Shown here piece after piece: positions 17,855 through 25,700 of a stretch of 64,000 nt of DNA. Each line of letters begins with the position of its first letter. The first letter of the stretch is position 1. The translations under genes and the position numbers were made by a program. The stretch lies in the IMG/VR virus record IMGVR_UViG_3300018475_001475. One strand, given 5' to 3'. The notes below the pieces were generated by a model, which was not told where the DNA came from, made no database searches, and saw only the letters and a list, made by a program, of their open reading frames with translations. The DNA is from a virus. Taxonomy: Duplodnaviria > Heunggongvirae > Uroviricota > Caudoviricetes.

Positions 17855-18169
17855 ATGGAAGAAGAAAACAAGAATGTAGAATTAGAAGAAGCTGTAGAAC
17901 CTCAGACTACTGCAGATGACGAACTAAAGGGTGCAATTGAGGATACGCTGTCAAAACTGCGTAGACAGTCAATGTTGCTAGGATTTCAAGTTGCATGTCA
18001 GACGGTTTTAGACAAGATTACTGCGTTTGAAAGAAAGCCTGGAAGTAAGTCTAATAATGATCACAAGCGACTAATCAAAGAGATCAAGCAGTTTGCTGAG
18101 CAGGGTCTTTCCAGAAAAGTTAACACCGATGGTGAGACTGAGCCTATTGAACAAACAGCACAAAATTAA
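17855..18169 (+). CDS. hypothetical acidic protein
   Basis: AAGGAG RBS 7 nt before ATG 17855; Glu/Asp-rich N-terminus. Confidence 0.45.
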   Translation: MEEENKNVELEEAVEPQTTADDELKGAIEDTLSKLRRQSMLLGFQVACQTVLDKITAFERKPGSKSNNDHKRLIKEIKQFAEQGLSRKVNTDGETEPIEQTAQN

Positions 18170-18181
18170 TGAGGTGATAGA

Positions 18182-18787
18182 ATGAGAGTAGAAATCAAAT
18201 GGCATGATGATATGTGGCAGGAGATTAAGGATAGTGCAATGTTTACAATCCACAAGTATAATGGTGGCAAATATCCTGATTCTAAGTGGAAAAGTGACCT
18301 TTTACTATCTGAGCATTCACCTATTAGGGTTGGGCATCTAATTATTAATTGTTATGATGTACCAACATTTGTTATCAATCATCTTGTTAGACATAATCAA
18401 GGATTTACTCCATTTGTATCTTCCTTGAGAGATGATAGAACAGAGTATGAAGACGGCAAAGTGCCGGATAGAAATACACCGAATGGCGTTCGTTTCGATG
18501 GCAATTTTCAGAGCTTTATCAACATCACAAGACGTAGAGAATGTACTTCTGCCTCTAAAGAAACAAGAGAATTCTGGAATGAAGTTCTTCTTGCTATTAA
18601 GGAATTTGAGCCGGAACTGTACAGTAGATGTGTTAGAGAATGTATTTATAGAGGTGGATGCCCAGAATACCCGACAACTTGTGGTTGGTGGGATGGGTTT
18701 TGCAAAAAACATCAGGACTGCAATCTGCTAAATATCCACGAAAGATACGACGTCTACAATAGGGATAGGGGTGGTTCCCATGAATGA
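18182..18787 (+). CDS. divergent ThyX-like (flavin-dependent thymidylate synthase family) protein
   Basis: PTFVINHLVRHNQGF...SSLRD resembles ThyX PIFVARQLLRHRxxSxxExSxRY, but RHR is replaced by RHN and the spacing is altered. Confidence 0.4.
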   Translation: MRVEIKWHDDMWQEIKDSAMFTIHKYNGGKYPDSKWKSDLLLSEHSPIRVGHLIINCYDVPTFVINHLVRHNQGFTPFVSSLRDDRTEYEDGKVPDRNTPNGVRFDGNFQSFINITRRRECTSASKETREFWNEVLLAIKEFEPELYSRCVRECIYRGGCPEYPTTCGWWDGFCKKHQDCNLLNIHERYDVYNRDRGGSHE

Positions 18788-19361
18788 TCCACTATATCTG
18801 TTCGTTGGTAGGTCGTCATGCGGAAAGACCACTGTCGCCAACGTGTTAGAAGATAAATTTGGATACAAGCAGGTATATTCATATTGCACACGTCAACCTC
18901 GTTTTGAAGGAGAGCCAGGACATATCTTCGTGAGCGAAGAGGAATTTAATAATCTGGGAGAACTAGCGGCATACACTTTTTATAACGGTAATCATTACGG
19001 CACGACCTTAGAGCAGTTAAATAAATGTAATATTTACGTAGTGGATATTCCCGGAGTAGAATCGCTTCTAAAAAAGCTAGTCAATGACACACGTCCAATT
19101 TGCATCTTTTACTTTGACGCATCTGTATATAATCGCATTCTTCGTATGGTCGAAAGAGGCGATAGCGATGGTATGATTCTGGCTAGACTGCTTGAAGACG
19201 AGAAATTTGACTGGTTTAAGAGACTAGATTCTTTGATATGGCACTATAACAATATTGTAGGGAAAAACATTGAACTATATAGTATTAATGCTAACAGTAG
19301 CCAGAAAGCTGTAACTGAGCTAGTGCTATATTATATGCGCAAACATGAAGGGTGGGTTTAA
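18780..19361 (+). CDS. guanylate-kinase-like P-loop nucleoside monophosphate kinase
   Basis: Walker A GRSSCGKTT; CTRQPRFEGEPGHIF resembles Gmk TTRxPRxGExxGxxYxF. Confidence 0.55.
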   Translation: MNDPLYLFVGRSSCGKTTVANVLEDKFGYKQVYSYCTRQPRFEGEPGHIFVSEEEFNNLGELAAYTFYNGNHYGTTLEQLNKCNIYVVDIPGVESLLKKLVNDTRPICIFYFDASVYNRILRMVERGDSDGMILARLLEDEKFDWFKRLDSLIWHYNNIVGKNIELYSINANSSQKAVTELVLYYMRKHEGWV

Positions 19362-19363
19362 GC

Positions 19364-19915
19364 ATGGCTGTTATATTAGTAGATATGGATAATGTCCTCT
19401 GTAATCTGCAGGAAGTTGTAGTTAAACTATTTAACAAGAGGTATGGAACGCACTATACACTAGAAGACTTCACAGATTATGATGTGGCCCAGAATTTGCC
19501 TAAAAATGAGGCTATTTTGATGAAAACTATGTATAGTGAGGACGATTTATATAGCTATGTTAAACCTCTTCCAGGTGCTCAAAAAACGGTAGAAAAACTG
19601 ATAAATGCGGGTCATCAGGTATATGTAGTCAGTGACGTTATTCCCAAGACTTATGCCGAAAAGGTTGAGTGGTTGAAGTTTTATTTTCCGCAGATTGATG
19701 AATCGCATATCGTGGCAATGAAACATAAACATCTTTTTAAATGCGATGTTATGATAGAGGACAATCTGCAGAACCTATTGGCAAAGCCTTATTATGAGCG
19801 TATTTGTTTTGACTATGCGTGGAATCGCAATGTAAGTGATTATGCTTATGGCATCCACAGAGTTTCTCACTGGAATGAAGTATTGGATGTTATAAATAAA
19901 TTAGATTTGGAGTGA
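19364..19915 (+). CDS. HAD-superfamily 5'(3')-deoxyribonucleotidase
   Basis: ILVDMDNVL (DxDxV nucleophile motif) at N-terminus; size and layout of the NT5C-like family. Confidence 0.65.
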   Translation: MAVILVDMDNVLCNLQEVVVKLFNKRYGTHYTLEDFTDYDVAQNLPKNEAILMKTMYSEDDLYSYVKPLPGAQKTVEKLINAGHQVYVVSDVIPKTYAEKVEWLKFYFPQIDESHIVAMKHKHLFKCDVMIEDNLQNLLAKPYYERICFDYAWNRNVSDYAYGIHRVSHWNEVLDVINKLDLE

Positions 19916-19921
19916 TGAAGA

Positions 19922-22171
19922 TTGGAAGTTAAAGAATGGCTAGGAGAAGACAATCAACTTGGAATTGATATTTGGGAGAAAAAGTATCGATATGAAAATG
20001 AAAATTTCGAAGAGTGGTTAGACAGAGTTAGCGGTGGCAATCAAACAATTAGAACATTAATCAAAGAGAAGAAATTTTTATTTGGTGGTAGAATTCTTGC
20101 AAATAGAAACATTCCCGGAAACAAAACATATAGTAATTGTTATGTAATTGCACAGCCAGAGGATAATCTTGAAAGTATTTTTGATGCCGCAAAGAAGCTA
20201 GCAAGAACTTTCTCTTATGGTGGTGGATGTGGTATTGATATTGGTAAGCTGTGCCCCAAGGACGCCAAAGTAAATAACACAGCAAAGAAATCTTCTGGTG
20301 CAGTAAGTTTCATGGATTTGTATAATCTGACAACGGCGCTGATCGGTCAGAACGGACGTAGAGGTGCGCTAATGCTCTCAATGCCTGTTAATCACCCTGA
20401 TATCGAAAATTTTATTTGCATTAAGTCTGATTTAAGTAAGATCACTAATGCCAATATTTCTGTTCGCGTCGATGACAAGTTTATGAATGCAGTTAAGAGC
20501 AATGAAAATTATGAACTAACCTTCACTCGTCCAGAAAGTGGCGAAGTAATTTCAAAAACTGTTAATGCCAAAGAACTATTTCACAAAATCTGCGAAATGA
20601 ACTGGAACTACGCAGAGCCAGGAGTCTTATTTTGGGATAGAATCACTAATCATAACCTGCTTGTTAATGATGATAGATTTGAGTATGCAGGTACTAATCC
20701 ATGTGCGGAAGAACCATTGCCTGCTGGTGGTAGCTGCTTGTTAGGTGCGCTCAACCTTGCTGCGTTCGTTAACAATCCATTTACGTCTGATGCATATTTT
20801 GCAATTAACGACTTTTCAGAAGCCGTAGTTGATGCAGTATACGCATTGAATGAAGTTCTAGATGAAGGTCTTGAGCTACATCCTCTAGAAGAGCAAAGAA
20901 ACTCTGTCAGAGATTGGAGACAAATTGGTCTTGGTATGATGGGCTTGGCTGATTGCCTAATTAAGCTTGGACTTGTCTACGGCTCAAAGCAAGCAAATGA
21001 ACTATGCGATCAGATTGCAAAAACTCTATTTGAAATGTCTATTAGAGCATCTGAAGACAGAAGCCATAACCATGGTAATTATCCAATGTTTGATACAGAC
21101 GTTGTTAATTCTTCTCCTATGATGCAAGCAATTGATTATCAAGTTAATGGCCTAAACAATTCTCAGTTGCTTACCATTGCACCAACTGGCAGCATCTCAA
21201 CAATGCTTGGTATTAGCGGAGGTATTGAGCCTATCTTTGCAAATTCTTACACTCGTAAGACTCAGTCTCTACATGGAGAAGATGTATTCTATAAGGTGTA
21301 TACACCAATTGTTAAGGCATACATGGATGCACATGGACTAAAAGACGAGTCTAAGCTGCCTAAGGAATTTGTTGTAGCATCTGACATTTCTCCTGAAAAT
21401 AGAATTAGATGTCAAGCTGCGTGGCAAAATTGGATTGATGCTAGTATTTCTTCTACTATCAATCTACCAAATGATGCAACTATTGAAGATGTCGAGAAAA
21501 TCTATATGCTTGCATGGGAATGTGGACTAAAGGGCGTTACTGTTTATCGTGCAGGATGTGCTAGAGAAGGCATCCTAGTTACTGATGAAACAAAAAATGC
21601 TAATCAAAAATCTGGTAGCGTAGGCAAATCAGTTAATGATCTGCCAAGAGGTTATGTCATCGATACGAGTGATGATTTAATTGGATACAAACGTAAACTA
21701 AATACTGGATGCGGTTCTGTACACATGGAAGTGTATTTTGACGAAATGTCTGGAGATCCGCAGGAAACATTTATTAATATTGGCAGTGGCGGTGGATGTG
21801 AAAGAAATTACCAGTTTATCTCTAGATTAATTTCTCTTGCTCTACGTGCAGGTGTTACTATTGAAGATATTATCGATCAGGCAAACAGCATTAGACCATG
21901 CACCGCATATGTCAACAGAACAAAGTCAAAGCGTGATACATCTCCTGGTACGTCATGCCCGTCTGCAATCGGCAAGGCACTACAAGATTTATGCGAAAAG
22001 ATGAGAGACAGGTGCTTTGATTGCAATGAAGAATACGATGCCAATACAGAAAATGTAAATCGTAATCTTAAATTAGACAACAAGTCTTTATGTCCAGATT
22101 GTGGTACAAAGCTGCACCAAGAGGGTGGATGCAATATCTGTAAAAATTGCGGATGGACCAAATGTGAATAG
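19922..22171 (+). CDS. ribonucleotide reductase, class II-like
   Basis: Active-site block TNPCAEEPLPAGGSCLLGALNLAAF; C-terminal CxxC...CxxC zinc ribbon; TTG start after GGAGTG; class assignment from motif only, so nrdJ is not asserted. Confidence 0.75.
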   Translation: MEVKEWLGEDNQLGIDIWEKKYRYENENFEEWLDRVSGGNQTIRTLIKEKKFLFGGRILANRNIPGNKTYSNCYVIAQPEDNLESIFDAAKKLARTFSYGGGCGIDIGKLCPKDAKVNNTAKKSSGAVSFMDLYNLTTALIGQNGRRGALMLSMPVNHPDIENFICIKSDLSKITNANISVRVDDKFMNAVKSNENYELTFTRPESGEVISKTVNAKELFHKICEMNWNYAEPGVLFWDRITNHNLLVNDDRFEYAGTNPCAEEPLPAGGSCLLGALNLAAFVNNPFTSDAYFAINDFSEAVVDAVYALNEVLDEGLELHPLEEQRNSVRDWRQIGLGMMGLADCLIKLGLVYGSKQANELCDQIAKTLFEMSIRASEDRSHNHGNYPMFDTDVVNSSPMMQAIDYQVNGLNNSQLLTIAPTGSISTMLGISGGIEPIFANSYTRKTQSLHGEDVFYKVYTPIVKAYMDAHGLKDESKLPKEFVVASDISPENRIRCQAAWQNWIDASISSTINLPNDATIEDVEKIYMLAWECGLKGVTVYRAGCAREGILVTDETKNANQKSGSVGKSVNDLPRGYVIDTSDDLIGYKRKLNTGCGSVHMEVYFDEMSGDPQETFINIGSGGGCERNYQFISRLISLALRAGVTIEDIIDQANSIRPCTAYVNRTKSKRDTSPGTSCPSAIGKALQDLCEKMRDRCFDCNEEYDANTENVNRNLKLDNKSLCPDCGTKLHQEGGCNICKNCGWTKCE

Positions 22172-22202
22172 TAACAATACAAAATTAATAGGAGGACGAA
22201 TT

Positions 22203-22499
22203 ATGGAAGAAAAGATTTATCAATGTGGCTTCTGTGGAAGCACATTTAACGAAATTCACGAAAGAATGAATTGCGAAGCGGCATGTCATAAAAAGCACGC
22301 AGAAGAAATTAAGGCCGCAGAAGAAGCAAAGAAGATTGAGGAAAAGAAGGCACGTAAAGCAGAAGTCGATGAAGCATTTGAAAATCTACATAGACTAGTT
22401 ACCGCATACGTTAAGGATTATGGTCACTATGAATATAGCGATGGTGGTGAAGATACTAATTTTCACTGGCCCAGTCGACTATGGCATAGTTTTTGGTAA
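22203..22499 (+). CDS. small zinc-finger protein with Lys/Glu-rich helix
   Basis: AGGAGG RBS; CGFCG...C...C motif. Confidence 0.45.
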   Translation: MEEKIYQCGFCGSTFNEIHERMNCEAACHKKHAEEIKAAEEAKKIEEKKARKAEVDEAFENLHRLVTAYVKDYGHYEYSDGGEDTNFHWPSRLWHSFW

Positions 22500-22510
22500 G
22501 GAGAAATAAT

Positions 22511-23056
22511 ATGGTAAATATTAAGTTTGCAAAAGTTAGATCTGACGCAATCATTCCTAGTAAGCGTGACGAAGATATGGGTTATGATATCTACGCTTGT
22601 TTTGACGAAGATTACATTGTAATTGAACCGCATGAAACAAAGCTAATTCCGACTGGTATTGCAAGTGCTTGCGATCCTGGATATGGATTTCTTCTATTCG
22701 AAAGAGGGAGCACTGGATCTAAGGGCATTGCAAGAAGATGTGGGGTTATTGATTCTGGTTATCGCAATGAGTGGTTTGTCGGTTTAACTAATACAACCAA
22801 TAGTAAACTATTTATTTCCAAGCTTAATTCTAAGGAGTTAGTAGAGGAGCTAGTTATTGATAAGGAAAATCCTATTGATTGGCATCTTGCAGAAAATGAA
22901 GTGCTTAATAGCATTGTTTATCCTTATTCAAAGGCTATTGTACAGGCCATTGTAACGCCTGTACTAGAAACCGATGAGCATGAACTATCTTATGAGGATC
23001 TAAAAGCTATTCCGTCTGAGCGAGGCATGGGGGCTCTTGGTAGTTCAAATAAGTAA
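22511..23056 (+). CDS. dut: dUTP diphosphatase
   Basis: dUTPase motifs ERGSTGSKGI and GVIDSGYRNEW; AAGGAGAAAT RBS. Confidence 0.85.
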   Translation: MVNIKFAKVRSDAIIPSKRDEDMGYDIYACFDEDYIVIEPHETKLIPTGIASACDPGYGFLLFERGSTGSKGIARRCGVIDSGYRNEWFVGLTNTTNSKLFISKLNSKELVEELVIDKENPIDWHLAENEVLNSIVYPYSKAIVQAIVTPVLETDEHELSYEDLKAIPSERGMGALGSSNK

Positions 23057-23071
23057 CAACTAAATAAAAAT

Positions 23072-23118
23072 TACGGAGTACTGAAATGAATCAAAAACCA
23101 GTGCTCCGTAAAATTTTT
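23072..23118 (+). terminator. rho-independent terminator at end of early operon
   Basis: 12-bp stem TACGGAGTACTG/CAGTGCTCCGTA (one mismatch) followed by AAATTTTT. Confidence 0.55.
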
Positions 23119-23202
23119 GTGTGAAGATATACGGCGAGGTATATCAATATTAAGTATGCTCACATATATCTAAAATATACATTAATTAAATTGGAGATTT
23201 AT

Positions 23203-23364
23203 ATGAAAGATGTAATTATAAGATATTTACCATACGGAACAACTCAAGAAGAATTAAAACAAATAAGGCATGAATTTAAGGATGAAAACACAACTCTTAT
23301 TTTGATAATTTCAGGTCAAGATAAACTATTGGATAACTTGCAATCTCTTGTGAATATTGACTAA
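23203..23364 (+). CDS. small hypothetical protein (53 aa) upstream of integrase
   Basis: GGAG RBS; MKDVIIRYLPYGTTQEELKQIRHEF... Confidence 0.35.
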   Translation: MKDVIIRYLPYGTTQEELKQIRHEFKDENTTLILIISGQDKLLDNLQSLVNID

Positions 23365-23419
23365 TTTTGCATTTCGAGTTACAATAAGGTATATAGAAAG
23401 TAACAATGAGGTGAATGCT

Positions 23420-25405
23420 ATGAACAAGAAAAAAGTAGAAATATTAATACAACAAGAACTGATCGAGGCTGTTGGTTATTTGCGTTTATCTAAAGATGAT
23501 GGAGATGACGAAAGTACATCAATAACAAATCAAAGGGCTATTATAGCAGATTGGGCGGCACAAAATGGATTTATAATTACTGACTGGTATGTTGACGACG
23601 GATATAGCGGATACAAAATGAACAGACCAGATTTTAATAGACTTAAAAATGATTTGAATGCAGGTAAGGTTAAAGTTGTTATAGCAAAACACTTATCACG
23701 TATCGGTAGAAGAGGATCTGAAGTAAATTTATTTTTAGAAAACATGCAAGAAGATGGTAATAGAGTAATTACCATAAGTGATGGATATGATACATTTGAT
23801 GAACGTACACATGATACTGTTGGAATTAACACTTGGGTAAATGAAAAATATGTTAGAGATACAAGTAAGAATGTAAGAGCGGCAATAGAAAGGATGCAAA
23901 AAGAAGGAAGATTTATTTGTCAAGTACCGTATGGATATGAATTAGATCCGTTTATTAAAGGAAAATATTATATAGATAAAACCTGCGCGATTCATGTACA
24001 AGAAATATTTGATATGTATTTAAACGGTTACGGAAGTAAAGCAATAGCAAAAATATTAACAGAACGTAAAATACCTACTTATTGGCAAAATGTTAAGACA
24101 AGGATGGAAAGACGTGGACAAATTTATCGTGGAAGAGATTTTGAAGGAATATGGACACCAAATACGATACTGAAAATACTAAGAAACGATTTTTATATCG
24201 GTGTATTAACACTTGGTAAAAGTAAAAGAAGAACAATCAATGGGAAAAAAGTTATGCAAAAAGATGAAGACTTAATAAGATTTGAAGATGCTCATGAACC
24301 ATTAATCGACAAACAAACATTTAAACTTGCGCAAGAAATTATGGCGGAAAGAACACATTCTAATTACAGAAGTTCAGAAAAGGGACCAACCATCTTCTCT
24401 GGAAAATTATACTGTGCTGACTGTGGAACCAGATTGACTCCAAGCACAAGTGCTAAAACACAAAGATATGTATGTCGTAAATATCACCTAGCAGGAACCG
24501 ATTATTGCACTAGTCACTCAACAAACGACAGAAACCTAACGGCTGCATTAATATACTTCCTTGAACATTGTAGGGATAATTTAGCAGAAGCGATATCTGA
24601 CTTAAAAATAGAATCCAGAAATAAAATGAAAGATTACCAAAAAGATAGTTTTGCAGTTTTACAAAAAGATAAAGAAAGAATAGAAAAAGAAATTGAAGTT
24701 CTGATAGAACAAAAAATGCGTGAAACTATTGCTAATCCAACAATGAAAGAATTCATAGATAAAACTTATGCTAATATGATTAATACAAAATATTCAGAAT
24801 TACAATCAGCAACTGCAAGAATTGATGAAATAGAAGAAGAGACATCTCAAAATGTAGATATGAAAAAAGAACTGACATCTGTATTAGATATATTTGACGA
24901 TATTATTTCAAGCAAAACATTAAGCCGTCGTCAAATTGAAACCATAGTTGAAAAAATTCTAGTTCATGAAGACGGTGGCATGGATATATTCCTTAAAGGA
25001 GATTTGCATGAATTGTGTACGAATTATATCCAATTTAAAAGTTCAAGCAAAGAAGCTATTGTTGAAAATATGATTAAATATATGGAAATGCACGCAGACG
25101 AACCAATCATTAAAAAGAAATGTGAAAAATATGTTAGAGCGCAAGGAGTAAGATTCGACACAAATATCTTTTCTAAACTATATCACAATATGATAGATTG
25201 TGGATACCTTGAGCCTATATCTCCCGTTAAGGGAAGTCGCAAAGGGAGCCGTGTAGTAGATGTTGACAAATTAAAACAAGCACTGAAAGATGACACCGTT
25301 ATGGCATACTCCCCAAGGTGTGAGAGAAGAAGTGTCACTATTCAATTCTTACATAAAGTATATAAATGGTATATTGGCACAAAGCCAAAATATAAAAAGT
25401 ATTAA
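23420..25405 (+). CDS. int: large serine recombinase (phage integrase)
   Basis: N-terminal resolvase domain with catalytic Ser in AVGYLRLSKDDGDDESTSITNQR; recombinase/zinc-ribbon region (CADCGTRL...YVCRKYH) and long coiled coil; GAGGTG RBS before ATG 23420. Confidence 0.85.
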   Translation: MNKKKVEILIQQELIEAVGYLRLSKDDGDDESTSITNQRAIIADWAAQNGFIITDWYVDDGYSGYKMNRPDFNRLKNDLNAGKVKVVIAKHLSRIGRRGSEVNLFLENMQEDGNRVITISDGYDTFDERTHDTVGINTWVNEKYVRDTSKNVRAAIERMQKEGRFICQVPYGYELDPFIKGKYYIDKTCAIHVQEIFDMYLNGYGSKAIAKILTERKIPTYWQNVKTRMERRGQIYRGRDFEGIWTPNTILKILRNDFYIGVLTLGKSKRRTINGKKVMQKDEDLIRFEDAHEPLIDKQTFKLAQEIMAERTHSNYRSSEKGPTIFSGKLYCADCGTRLTPSTSAKTQRYVCRKYHLAGTDYCTSHSTNDRNLTAALIYFLEHCRDNLAEAISDLKIESRNKMKDYQKDSFAVLQKDKERIEKEIEVLIEQKMRETIANPTMKEFIDKTYANMINTKYSELQSATARIDEIEEETSQNVDMKKELTSVLDIFDDIISSKTLSRRQIETIVEKILVHEDGGMDIFLKGDLHELCTNYIQFKSSSKEAIVENMIKYMEMHADEPIIKKKCEKYVRAQGVRFDTNIFSKLYHNMIDCGYLEPISPVKGSRKGSRVVDVDKLKQALKDDTVMAYSPRCERRSVTIQFLHKVYKWYIGTKPKYKKY

Positions 25406-25478
25406 CACTCCCCTATCAAATTTTGCATTGCATTGTAGTAAAACGCTCAAATTATGACTTCAAGTATATTGCAAAGCG

Positions 25479-25487
25479 TGGTATAAT
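25479..25487 (+). promoter_or_regulatory. extended -10 element TGGTATAAT upstream of RHH gene
   Basis: TGnTATAAT read directly; no good -35. Confidence 0.3.
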
Positions 25488-25510
25488 ATCCACGAAGGAG
25501 TGTGGATAAA

Positions 25511-25666
25511 ATGAAAGAAAGCAAGATAAATTTTACTCTTAGAATTGATCCAAGTCTTAAGTTTCAACTAGAGCGCATAGCTCGCAATGAAGATCGAACA
25601 CTTACAAATTTAATCAATATGGCTTTAAAAAGATATGTAGATGTCTATAATGGGGCAAAAAAATAA
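25511..25666 (+). CDS. ribbon-helix-helix (CopG/Arc-like) DNA-binding protein, 51 aa
   Basis: AAGGAG RBS; KINFTLRIDPSLKFQLERIARNEDRTLTNLINMALKRY fits RHH beta-strand + two helices. Confidence 0.55.
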   Translation: MKESKINFTLRIDPSLKFQLERIARNEDRTLTNLINMALKRYVDVYNGAKK

Positions 25667-25692
25667 GGACGCGGAAATTAATCCACGTCCTT
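25665..25692. terminator. bidirectional hairpin terminator between convergent early/integration and late units
   Basis: AAGGACG-N14-CGTCCTT stem with U-tracts on both strands. Confidence 0.5.
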
Positions 25693-25700
25693 AAATATTA

